From the NCBI RefSeq assembly GCF_009834535.1, contig NC_045696.1:104844001-104908000 (forward strand): DNA of 64,000 nucleotides, written 5' to 3'. The position numbers were made by a program, and so were the translations under genes. The notes beneath the pieces are model-generated. The model was not told the DNA's origin and did no database searches. It worked only from the letters and a program-made list of their open reading frames with translations. Positions 39,535-51,535 of this stretch are shown piece after piece; within the stretch, counting starts at the first letter, position 1, and every line of letters begins with the position of its first letter. The stretch is from Camelus ferus. Its lineage: Eukaryota.

Positions 39535-39870
39535 TAGAGAGTGGTCCCCCGACAAGTAGGACCAGCAGCACCCAGGAACTTGAGAGAAATGGGAATTTTC
39601 AGTCCCCACCCCCGACCTACTGCATCAGCAGCTCTAAGGTAGGGCCCCACCATCTGTGTTTCCAGCCGTCCAGGGAATACTGGTGCAGTGGCCCTCACAC
39701 TGGAGTCACCTGGGGAATTTCTACAACAGTCCTGGAACCCAGGCCACACTCCCGACCAATGACATCACCATCTCTGGTGTAAATGAGGTGAGCCTGGGTC
39801 TCACTACTCTGTTGAAGCTCCCCAGGTGATGCCAGGTGTGCCGTTCTCTGGAGATGGTCACACAGTCCTT
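39535..39870. mobile_element. two adjacent MER5-like hAT-Charlie MITEs
   Basis: 'gcacccaggaacttgagagaaatg...ccccaccccgacctactgcatcag' and 'gagtcacctgggga...ccaggccacactccc...aagctccccaggtgat'. Confidence 0.8.
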
Positions 39871-40499
39871 GCAGGAAGTGGAGAGCTGGGACTGAGAGCA
39901 CAGATGGAAAAACACGAGTGTGAACGAGGCCTCCTTATGGCCCCTGCTCCTCCCTCCCTTGTCCTCTGCCTATTGGGCAAGGCCCAGCGAGCGTGCCGGT
40001 GGGGTGTGGATGACGATGAGGGAGCTTCTTACAAGACGCACAGTGTCCATGGAGGATGGTCAGAAACTGGCCAAAGTCAGGGAGGGTGTTCAACTTTGAC
40101 TGTAACAGGGCTCCATAAAAGTCTGTGATATTTCATTCAGGATGGATTGTTTGCCATTCATCAGGAAAAGTCCAGAAGGTCTACAAATGTGTGCAAATCC
40201 CACTGGCCCTAAGACTGATGGCTTCTCTTGACAGCCTCTCCCAGAGCAATTTGCCATTTAAAGCCCAGTTCTACCAAAGACCTTGAAGCTGTTCCCACCA
40301 GCAGCCTGGCCTGGGCTTTGAACAGGTATCAGATGCCGTGTTTCCTGCTCCCTTGGCCTCAGGTCCCAGCCAGGGCATGCTGGAAACTGTGCAAGCCAGG
40401 GCAACCTCCGAAGGCTGCTCTGTGGGGGCTTCTCTTGTGGTTGGTCCAGTGCTGTGTTTCTTTCTTTGATGTTACTGAACGTTTGCATCCCTGTTCACC

Positions 40500-40820
40500 C
40501 CTGCTTGGCTCCCTTGCCCCCTTGTTGGGTTGGGTTTAACCAAAGGGAGGTACCGGCGGAAACTGAAACGGCAGGAGGAGTGAGAGGTGGGGGTGCTGGT
40601 TCCTCTGGCTCCCCTTCATTGGTCCTGGTGTGGGCCCTGCTCCTCTACAGAGGGGCTCAGCTCCTGCAGGCTGGCCTCTCTTCCACTGGGCAGGGCCCAG
40701 TTACAGCTCCTGCTAACTGCTCTCGCCCCTCCTCACTCAGCCGGGGGTGCTAGCAGCCGCGGTGCTGCGAGGCCTGGGCTCCACTCTCCCTTAAGGGTGT
40801 CCCTTCAACTTACCCACAGT
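40500..40820. mobile_element. ERVL LTR fragment (LTR33/LTR16-like)
   Basis: 'gttgggtttaaccaaagggaggtaccggcggaaactga...gagtgagaggtggggg' resembles LTR33-type LTRs. Confidence 0.55.
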
Positions 40821-40844
40821 TGTTTTTTGGTTTTTGGGTTTTCT

Positions 40845-41084
40845 TGACAATAGGTTGTTTATCTGGGAAATGATCCCAGGAAACATTGTAACAAATTGGG
40901 AAAGTGAGATAGGGAAGAAAAGGAGCCAATAAAGGTATATTATTTTTACAGTTGTCACTGTGGGTGAGTGAAGCTTAACTCCACTTGGGAACCTTGATGG
41001 CCAATGTAGGACATGCCCATAGTTATCCGACTTCCATCATTTACTGGCTGAGGGCTGCTGGGTGGAAACTAATTTCTCTGGCAC
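40845..41084 (-). mobile_element. MLT1-type MaLR LTR fragment
   Basis: 'tgatcccaggaaac...gaaagtgagatagggaag...gccaataaagg...cactgtggg...gcttaactccactgg'-type motif series. Confidence 0.6.
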
Positions 41085-41155
41085 TTTTTTTTATTGTCAT
41101 TTTTAAAAAATTACATTACAGTCGATTTACACTGTTGTGTTAATTTCTGGTGTAC
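41085..41155 (-). mobile_element. L1 3' end running into the assembly gap
   Basis: T-tail plus 'acagtcgatttacactgttgtgttaatttctggtgtac'. Confidence 0.85.
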
Positions 41156-41255
41156 NNNNNNNNNNNNNNNNNNNNNNNNNNNNNNNNNNNNNNNNNNNNN
41201 NNNNNNNNNNNNNNNNNNNNNNNNNNNNNNNNNNNNNNNNNNNNNNNNNNNNNNN
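41156..41255. other. assembly gap (100 N, likely unknown size)
   Basis: run of exactly 100 N flanked by an L1 and (GGAA)n. Confidence 0.99.
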
Positions 41256-41302
41256 GGAAGGAAGGAAGGAAGGAAGGAAGGAAGGAAGAGGGAAAGAAAA
41301 AG
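41256..41302. repeat. (GGAA)n microsatellite
   Basis: seen directly at the gap edge. Confidence 0.95.
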
Positions 41303-43735
41303 AATAGTATCTGTGAACTACAATAAAGCAGAATCCGATAAAAAGAAGCATGCCTGGAAAGGAATGGAAATAGTTCTGAAAAGTGAAACAAAACACAAGG
41401 AGAACGTATGTGCTGACAGGGGCTTCAGAAGGCAAACATTCACCCACTTTGTCCCAGATTCTACCCATCATCTGGCTGGTGGCGAACCCCAAGCCAGGCA
41501 CTGGGAAACAAAACAGGCAAATGAACCTGCCCCCTGGCCTCGCCGAGCTCACAGTTCACTGGGAGAGACAGCTTTTTATCAAACAAAAACACAAGTGTGT
41601 ATAATTACAAGTGGTGATAAACGCCAAGAGGCCAAAGAACAGGCTACTTTGCGAGCCTAGGACAGGAGCCTGGTCCAGGGGCTGGCTCTCACAGCAGGCT
41701 GCTTCCAGTGGATCTGGAAAGACGTAAAAGCAGTATGTGTCACCGTCGCAACTGGCGGGGTGAGCAGGGGAGAAGATGCATGAAGCAAAAAAGAGCTGTC
41801 TTAGGGACAAAAAGAAAACCAGTATGACTGGACCCCAGGCAAGGAGCTCAGGATGAGGTTGGCGAGGCTGGAAGAAGGCATGGGATTCTCTCATTTAATC
41901 CTCTTAACAGCCCTGGGAGGCAGGTACTATTACTATCTGGTATGGAGCAAGTTCCCACAGCCAGTAAGATTTAAAGCTGGGACGTGAAGCCCAGCATTCA
42001 AACCCTAACTCCAAAGTCCTCCTCTCGCCACTCTGCTCTGTTGCCCTCTGTGCTTGCAGGACCTCTGTGTTGGGAATGGCCGGCAGGGGCGGGGTGGGAA
42101 GGAAGATCTAGGGGGCTATCACAGTCTTCCGTTTCCTATCAGCCTGTATACGTCACAGAAAGCTTACAGCACACTGAAGAAAGACACTCCAACTAATGGG
42201 CCATCACTGTGCACTTAGGATTCCCTTGACAGGGTGTCACTGGGATCTCCAGGCCCTCTTCCAGTCTTGTGATGGATCAGAATTCCAAAGGAGGCAGAGA
42301 TTCAGTAACAATTCCTTAGCTGACATAGGCCATAGGGCTAGCATCCAGGTTGGCCAGAATTTAAAACTCCCCAAAGAAAAAAATTTTTCCAGAAAAATTC
42401 CAATGTGTATGATTAGGCAGAAAACAGGGTCCTTCATGTGTCAATCACCCCTAAACCAGGCAAGGGTAGGTTCCCAAAAATTCCCATAAAGGCCACTAGG
42501 GGCATTAGAGGGTCCAAGAATGGGACCACAAAGCCCAGAGAAGGAGGGTTTTTGTGGATAGATGGATTTCTTGCCCAGATGCAGTAACACTCCTTCAGTC
42601 CTAACTTCTATTGTAGACCCACTTGGTACCTGGGCTTTGCTTTATTAACATGCCCAAGAGCCATCCTGTGAGGGAGGCATTAAAATCCCCACTCTGTGAG
42701 TGAGAAATGTGCATTTGGATCTAGGTCTATTTGACTTCAAGTCTCTACCCCTAGGATAAATGAATTACTGAATGAAGAGGTTGCAAGAAAAAAAGTTGAT
42801 TGCTATCAATGGATCTCAAGCTCCAAAAATACCCCCCTCCATGCCCCTGACTCTCTTGGACCTCCAGAGGCTGGAATTCCAGCTGAAGGAGATGTTCTGA
42901 TGAAGGAGAGGAAGGCAGGGCAGGCTCCCCTAAACTTGCAAGCTCCCTGGGATCAGCATTTGCAGGCACACCCCCATATGGAATGCCTTAGGGCAGGACG
43001 GGGATCATTCTCAAGGAAACAGCACAGAGCACTTCTGTAGGGAGCACAAGCCCCATTTCAAACTTTGATTCCAATTTGGCAACTGAAACTCCTGTGGCCT
43101 CTGGGAATTTTAGTCCCCCTTTCTCTGACAGGATGGTGACATCCTGGTACTAGGTTAATGACTAAAATATGAGAATGCCTATTAGATGCTTCCCCATAGC
43201 ACCCCCCCCGCCCACTTCTAGAGACAACCTCTATAAAAATCATTTGCCCCTTTCCACACTGCATAGGCTTGGATTTAAGCATTCATTCACTTGCCTCAGG
43301 CTGTCCCCAAGAAAATTACTTATTAATTTCTATGCACTGCAGAACTATCTCTAAAACAAATAGAGTTGACTTGGGATTGTCAGTGTCAACCCCCATGCTC
43401 TGGCTTGGTGCTTTCTGTCAGAGCCTAGAACTGTCTCTCATAGAGAGTCATATACATTTGATCACATTTACAAAATGCAAATTTACTCCACGTTAATTGA
43501 AAACGTTCATCGGTGAAGTCTTGAAAGTTTGCACCCTTTCAAGCTGTTAAAGGGCTAATGAGAGACGTTTTCTCCCATCTATTATGATGCAACTAATTAT
43601 TTCAACCTCCTCCTGTCAAAAAAAATAACTCCTCAGAAGATTAATAGGCCACAACCTTTTGATCTTCAGCCCTTTAAGAATATGAAGAGTGCTGTGAACC
43701 CTCTCCCCCTAAAACGCACCATTTCACCCAGTTAC

Positions 43736-43760
43736 GCACACACACACACACACACACACA
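43736..43760. repeat. (CA)n microsatellite
   Basis: seen directly. Confidence 0.95.
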
Positions 43761-46414
43761 AAGGTAATTTTGCACAGACATGAAACACGATTTCAGACAT
43801 TCCGTGGCTCACCTAAGATCCCAGGAACCCTGAAGAATATTCTGCCTCTCTCCTTTTTTCAGTCTACTCAACTGTTTATTAAACTGATGGCTGCCTGTTT
43901 CATTAGTGGTATCGGCACCGAAGGAAGGAGGCTTGCAGAATGATAAGTGGTATTTGTGTTTATTTCTCTGCCCCCACACTAAATGGTTAGATGTTCTGCA
44001 TGCACTTTAAGAATGTGTGCGTGGCTTCTAGAGAAGATAGATAAATGATCCGTTGGAATGGGGGGGAAGTGTCATGCCTGGCATCCCAGGGAATTTACAG
44101 CACAAGAGGAAGGCTCTTTTCTGAAGCCCAGCACCAGCACAAGGTAGGCTGTTCAATAAAACTGTTTTGGCCGTCACTGTAAGCCACGGTCTTTGAGCAC
44201 ACAGAGACGGATTCCTGCCTGTCCCTGCTGCATTCAGGCTGACCCTGCCACCACGCTGTGTCCCTTTGGTCTACACAGGAGGTCTTTGCAGCATCAGTGT
44301 TCTCTTAAGATGTGTCCCAGAGCATACTGCAATTGTTACACAGCTACCACGCGCCAGGCCTCCTAGTTCTTTTTTAATATTGAAACAACGCTCTGAAGTA
44401 GAGGGTCATGATTCCAATCTTACAAATAAAGAAAGCGAGGCTTAGAGGGGTGAAGGCACTCAGGTTGGCTTACTGGCTGATTCCACTGGACCCATCTGAC
44501 CCCAATGTCCTTGCTCTACCCCGGGGGCCAGGCTGCGTCTCCCGTCTCTAACGCACTTTTCACTCTGCTCACACGCCAACTCATTTCTCAAAAACAGATC
44601 CAGAGGAGTATTCTGTCGCCCTCAATTTGGTAAATGGGGAAGTTGAGGGGCAGTGAGACCAAGTGACTTGCCCAAGGCCACGCAGATGGCAAATAGTGGA
44701 GGCAGGACCAGGAGCCAGGTCCTGGGTCTCGGGCCACCGCAGACCCTGCCCCACGCCTGATGCCCATCTGGCAGGAAGCAGGAAGGCATGCACACACTCC
44801 TGCAGCCCTGAACCTTCTGTGGACCACCCAGAAATGGTACTCACTGGCCCTGGAACCTAAGCTTGGTGGGAGCAAAGACAGAGCAGGAGCTTGAGAATAA
44901 ATCTGAGGCAGATTCATAAAAAGGCCACATGTCAAATATATTTATAACAAATTAATTTTCCCCTGAGCATATTTATGGGCCCGTTCTCCCCAGCAAGCCT
45001 ATTCACTTTGCAGACATAATTTTCATGGCAAGCTCTATGCAATATGTCCAGGGCAGCACCCTCCTTTTGTCTGGGTCTGGGGGAGGGGGAGAAGGAGGTC
45101 ACAGGGTTCCTCCCACCTACCTGTGCTTGATCTGGGTGCAGAGCAGAGTGCCACAGTATCCCCTATAGAGTGCCAGGACTGCTGAGTGGTTTGGAGGTCC
45201 TGGAGTCTAACCTCCCCATTTTACAGAGGGGCCCTGAAGTCCAGAAAGAGGAAGGACTTGCCCAAGGTCATCAGTCAATTATGCAGTGGCCGCAGGCACA
45301 GTCAATAGATCCAGACTGCCCAGCTTGAATGTCAGCTTTGCCTCTTACTAACCCTGTGACTTTGGACAGACAGTTCAGGCTGAGCACGGTTACTTGAAGA
45401 CACGGGAATCTCCCCCAGCACATCTCAGATTATGCAAGTGGCCAGCCACCTGATTTCTTCCCAAGGCCAGCTTTGGAGGACACCACCTCATTTTGTTGTA
45501 GCAACGGAGACCCAGCTCTAACAGACCAACAGCTTCTGAGTCTGTGTGCTCTCCATCACACCAAGTTCCAAGCCTCGCATGCCATCCTTGATGTCAAGAT
45601 ATGCTTGGAATAAGGCAACTACAAATAACCCTCGATCTTCAAACCTAGACTCTTGGAGGCTCCTCCCAGATATAGAAGCATACTTAATTATCTGAATTGA
45701 CTTGCTTCCTGAAAGTTGGATAGCAAAACAGCAAGAGTTTGGATAGCAAGGGACACCTGCTCTGTCTCAAAACATTTCTCCAAACTTAGGATTAACCTCC
45801 TAAGTTGGGACAGCAAGAGTTCAGGTAGTCAGGGATGCCTCCTTGGGAACCTTCCAGGTGACCACCAGGAGTCAGACAGCCAACACCTCCACCACCCCAG
45901 GGAGATGGTGGTTATGCTCCTGGCACCCGTTGAGAACTGTGTGTTGCTCCTCATTAGTAAAGTGCCGAGAATGACCAAAAAAGGCTCTTCCTCTTCCTAG
46001 TCCAAGGATGCCTTTCTTCCATGTGGCACAAGGAAAGCCAGTTTGATTTACAACACAGAAGCAAAGCACGGCTCCCCAGTGGCTTCTGAGGAATTCCAGT
46101 CTTTTACCTGGATTTATTTGAAGCCCTTAAAAAAACATCAGGTGTACCCATTGAGGTCTTTGGCAGAAGGGCATCCTAGCCTTTTGACACGGTGCTGTCA
46201 AGATGTTCCGAGATGAATAAAAGCAAGAAGAGGCAGCGTCAAGCTGACGTCTCCCCAACGGACGAGCTGACACGAGAAAGGAAGGAAACGCGCCCACCCA
46301 CTCGTGCAGACTCCTCTTCCCTCGGCCTAGTTTACGCCGCAGAGCCCTTCCACTGTTCCTCTGACTAACATCATGTCCCCCCGAGGGGACTTCAAGGTGG
46401 AAGATGCAGTTCAT

Positions 46415-46430
46415 CTGCCATCTGGGGGGC
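46415..46430 (-). promoter_or_regulatory. CTCF-like motif
   Basis: reverse complement GCCCCCCAGATGGCAG. Confidence 0.45.
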
Positions 46431-48256
46431 TTCGAAAAATGCTGTTGGCCATGCATTTTTTCAATGAACAATTCCAAAGGTGTATTAAGGAGTTTTGAAT
46501 TCGGTTAAATAACCTCCAGGGAAGTGACAAGACCATTTTTCTTATAAAAATACTGAAGAGAGGTATGAAAGAGCATTGGGTGGCAGGTCCCTAGCTAGCC
46601 CTGTGTTCTCCCACCCTCGGGCTGTTGCTTCAAGGGGAGAATGTGGGGGACACAGCCCCCTTCAGCGCCGTGTTCTCTGAGTCTCCCACCTGTCTGGTGA
46701 GAGGAGACCTGCTGGACCCATTAGAAGACGGGGAAAATGGAGGCTGCAAGAGGGAACCACACCCCCCCGTCCTGGCTACTTCCTGGCCTCCCAGTGATGC
46801 AGGTGAGTATCGGGGAAAGAAGAAAGAGCAGGTGGGCAGCCATGCTGGGGCATGTATTCTGCTTCTAACCAGAGGTCTAACACTGGGGAAGTGGCCTCAC
46901 TCTTCATTTCCATCTCTGGAATGGGTATAATATTATCTACCCAACAAGAGGATTATGTGACTCGAGCTACGTCAAGCAGTTGGTATGAGCCTGGCACTTT
47001 GCAAGCCCTCCAGACAGGAGGAAGTGGTGACTTGGCCAAGGTCCTGTTGCTGCCCCCGCTCTGCTGTTTTTGTCGGCACTCAGCTCCCGATAATGCTTGG
47101 GGCTGCCAAATGCAGTGGTAGACAGCGTGCTTTCTCACTAAACAACAACAACAACAGAAAGAAAATGCAGGGCCAGGGTGAAAAGCTAAGAGAACCAGCT
47201 GAAGCTGTGCCCTCTCAGAAATAGTTCTGGCATCTCTGAACTCAGCCTTTGGTAACACTACTGGGGCATCTGCTGTATTCCAGTAACTTTGAAATCCCTG
47301 GAGGTCTCCAGCTGGGGTCTTTGGAGAGCTCAGTGTTAGACTAACCAGATGAGGCAGAGGGATAAGCAGATGGGGAGCAGAAATAAGGAGGAATTCTAGA
47401 AGAATCAAAGGATAATGATCCCAACACAAGAGATGAAAATAACCCGAACGCCAAAGCTCTGGAGGAAATTTCATTTCAAAACGTACAATATTTAGGTATC
47501 AGCAATGGAGCATGGCCCATCTCTGTGTTATATCTGCACATTCCTCACATGTAGATATTCCCAAGCCTCAGTTCCCTACTGAGTTCTTAATTCATTGAGT
47601 CAGATAGTTTGGGTAAGATTATTCCAAAGGCTTGGCAATGTTTTTTGGAAATTGACTTCACGTTTCAAACAGTAAAGTTGAAAGTCAACACGTGGGGCCC
47701 AGGCCTTGCACGTGTGGCCCTGACTTCCTCATTGGTGTCCTGTCCCCCCACCCCGGGTACACTTTCCAGATCTAAGTTCAGCTGTGAATGCAACAGCCCA
47801 TACATACCATATGGACCCCAGACTTTTCATCACAGAACTCATTATTTTTGCCATGCTTAAGATGTAAAAATGTAAGGGAAGAAAACAACAGAGGAGAGAA
47901 TTCATTTCCCTTCCAAATTTAATGTCTCCTTCCTCCCTTTACTGCAGACCATCTCCGCTCTTACTCCGGACAGATGGAGAGAAACGTCTAGAAAAGCTTG
48001 AGAGAATGGGCTCGATTCTTAGAACAAGAATGTCCCAGATCCTGGGAGAGTCTGGGGAGGAGGCAGAGAAAAGAGGAAATGGGGACACTTTCAAAAGGAA
48101 ACTGCATGAATATGGAAGTGACCCACTGAACGCATCGCAGTTTCAGAAGGAAGGACCCGACGTTGTACACCATACTGGCGGGTGGTACTTTCTGAACATA
48201 AAATGGGAGCCCCACCAATCACCCTGCTGGGCCGTGCTCTCCTTAACCAGAGTTTC

Positions 48257-48687
48257 TGGTAGGGCTAATTCTCCGTGTCGGCTTGACTGGACCCCAGGGT
48301 GCCCAGAGAGCTGGCAAGACCTTATTTCTGAGTGTGTCTGGGAGGGTGTTTCCAGATGAGCTGAGCATTGAATCAGTGAACCGAGAAGCGGATCCCTGCC
48401 CCAGGGCCAGCAGGCATCACCACTCCGCCGAGGGCCTGAGAGGAACAAGGAGGCAGAGGAAGGTGGGATCGGTCCCTTCCTGCCAGACTGCTCAGGCTGG
48501 GACAAGCCTCCTCCTCTCTGAGCTCCTGGTTCTCAAGCCTTCAGACTCTTGACTCAACACAACTTGGACTGTGGGGCTTCTCAGGCTCCATCGTTCATGA
48601 GCCAACGCCTCGTAACAAATCTTGCGTGTGTGTGTGTGTGCACACATCTTACTGGCTCTCTTTCTCTGGAGAACTCTGACTAATACA
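48257..48687 (+). mobile_element. MLT2 (ERVL) solo LTR
   Basis: 5' 'ggctaattctccgtgtcggcttgactgg' and 3' 'tctctggagaactctgactaataca' match the MLT2 termini; internal (GT)n. Confidence 0.9.
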
Positions 48688-48819
48688 GCTTTTGAGACAG
48701 AAGATCCAGTCTGGAACATTCTCATTTTCTCAAACTCAACTCCCTGGCTAAACCCCCATACCCCATCTCCCCATCTGCCCTCTTCAAAGAGGCAGGCCCG
48801 GGACCAACCCCTCTCTACC

Positions 48820-49125
48820 CATCCAGGGCCGTGGAACAAACCACACACAGGGTGGCTGAAAGACAGAAACATATCCTCTCTCAGCTCTAGAGACCAGAAG
48901 TCCAGAATCAAGTTTGTCGGGGCCGTGTTCCCTCTGCAGCCCCTAGGGAAGGGCTCTTCTCGCCTATTCCCGCTTCTAGACACCAGTGGTTGGATTTGGG
49001 GCCCAATTTAACACAGTACGAACCTCACTGTAACTAGTTACACCTGCAAAGACCCTATTTCCAAACAAGGCCACCTTCCGAGGTTCTGGGTGGACATGAA
49101 TTGGGATGGACACGAGTGGACCCAC
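48820..49125 (-). mobile_element. MLT1 (MaLR) LTR
   Basis: 'ctctcagctctagagaccagaagtccagaatcaag' and 'acctgcaaagaccctatttccaaacaaggccaccttc'. Confidence 0.88.
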
Positions 49126-51344
49126 GTCTAAGGCCAAGCCCTTTCTCCGGCTCCTCCACCCGTCCCGCTCCATCAGTTTGGCTCTGACAAAGCCTCCAAG
49201 CTGACAACTGCAAGAGAAAGACTGACACTTGTTTTTCAAAGCTCTCTGGACATCCACAGCTGCAGGGGCGATACCACCACTAGCCCTGAATCTAATTTGT
49301 GATGCCGTCGGCAGTAATTCCTGGAGTTCCGTTCAGTGGAGGGACAGTCATCCCTGCATGCATGGCTGTGTGATGGAGCTCCCTGGTCACTCTCATACCG
49401 CTGGGTCGGGAACCTGGGCTCTCAGCCAGAAGGGAGGGTGGTGCCCGGGGCATAGGCAGTGTGGACGCAAGGGACCTCACCTCTCCTCTGAGGGCCCCTG
49501 TCCCCATCTGTAAAACCAAGAGCCAGCTTTAAAGCCCAGACACTCCCGCTGGGGAACAGTGAGCTGATAGACAAAGGAGGGCCTCGGGGACAGAGGTCCC
49601 ATGCTGAGCCCACCCAGCCCTGGAGTGTCACCTTGCAGTGGGGGACTGAGAGCCCTGGGGGGCTGTCACTTCGACTCCAGCCCCCTCCTGTGTCTGTGAC
49701 CAACCTTAACAAGAAAACAAGTGGCAGTTCCATTCCTCAAATGCCACAGCCCTCTGTGACAGAGAGAGGAAGCTGAGGAAAGATGGCCCTTTATGCGAAG
49801 GCAAATTTTTTCGTCTGTTTAGTTTTTTTCTGCTTTCTGAGCCCTGGGACACATTTTGCACACACACCCCACACAGTACATAAAGGGCATGCTGATGTAT
49901 TTGCAAGCACTTCCGTATACTATTTATTTTACCTCCTGAAATATCATTTCTGTCTGGGAAAGATATTGGGTATGGTCGGCTTTCATGCTCTCAGCACTTT
50001 CCCCTCTAACGAAACCCTCCCCTATAAATCTGCGGTCCACAGCCTGACTTCAGAAAACACTTTAATAGTTCCCAACTCCAATATTTTCCATAGCGATCTA
50101 TCCTCATGTTAAGAATACTGAAGAGGGGAGGCTTGAATTCATCCAGGAGAGCCAGTGGGGTTAGGGCCCCAGTTTCCTCCTGTCCCGCTGGAGGGGATGC
50201 AGGGGGTGAGGGGAGATGCTGCAGAGGGGATGGACCTGCACACACTACCCATCACGCCCCCTCTAGGAAGCAAGACTAGGCCAGCTGGACCAAGGGGAAG
50301 GACACCCTTTACTAGTATCAACAGCAACCACGGCCATTGTCCTGGATCCGGTGTAACTCCGCGAGTGGCACTTCTGCCGTTCCCAGGCGTGCCCAGGCCG
50401 GGCAGTCCATCATTTCCTTGCATGACCTGTGAGCTGCATCCCACACGCCACTGGAGGCAGGAGTCCACTCCATAAGGATATCGGGACACCTTTATCCCGG
50501 TAAAGCAAACCCAGCCTCAGGTAGGGCACCCAGCAAGATGGCTATTACTGAAGATCTCAGAGAGGACTACATCCTATATCACACCAAACACATCTTTTAA
50601 CTCTTCCTCGGACATCTCTTCAGCCTCATGGCTCTCTCCTCCTCCTGCTTTGCTCATGAAGAGCAATTTAACCCCTCCTATTAACCCCCCCCCCCAATAT
50701 CCATTTGGAGGGAGAGGGAGATGAAAAATAACCACCTGTAATGTTAGCGATAACCAGACCCCTGTACGGCTGTGCTGTTTGTTTTCATCTCGGATGGGGA
50801 AGCTGAGGCTCAGAGAGGATGAGGACCTTGCTGAAGTCACACGGCTGGACGAGGAGCAGAGTTAGGAGCCAAACCCCAACCTCCGCTTTACAAAGTAAAC
50901 ACCTGGAGAAAAGCGAGTCCCCTTTCTGTACGGCCGTCATTTTGTGGGTCTATTTCAAGGCCTACCGCTGATGCACACATCTTTGGTTTGGGTCAGCATA
51001 CCTACGAATAACATTTTGCTGAGCAAAATTGGAATGGACCCAAAACAGTAAATGGAAAAAAAAACTACTCGGGGAACATCGTGGTCACTTTCAAAGTTCC
51101 TGTTTAGCAACAAATAATATGCAGCTGAAGGGAAAGAATTTGAGAAACAGCAAGGTTCCCGACCAGGGAGAGCCTATACGAGGTACTAGCCCTCCCTGGA
51201 CCTTAAATTTTCATCCATCAAATGCAAGAAGTTGACTATGATTCCTTCTGGCTTTAAAATTCTTTGCCTAGTTCACATAATTGTGTAAGTGATCACTGAA
51301 GTTTATTCTAAAGGGCCAAATCCCCGGCGTTGGGCAGATTCATT

Positions 51345-51535
51345 TACCAAAAATAGCAACTGCTATTTCTTGAGCAGCAAATATGTGCCAGATGCTTTAT
51401 AGGCAGCCTCTTGAATCTGAAAACAATTCTGCAAGATAAAGATTATTACTCCCATTTTATGGATGACAAAACTGAGGCTCAGAAAGCCCAAGTGACTCTC
51501 TTGAGGCTACAGAACTGAGATTTGGGTCTGTGCAG
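51345..51535 (-). mobile_element. MIR SINE
   Basis: 'attattactcccattttatggatgacaaaactgaggctcagaaagcccaagtgact'. Confidence 0.85.

Noticed and set aside
41094..41660. 188-aa ORF and overlapping minus-strand ORFs
   Set aside because: Artefacts of reading through the N gap and the GGAA repeat.
42491..42505. CTCF motif GGCCACTAGGGGCA
   Set aside because: One G short of the core spacing CCACTAGRKGGC.
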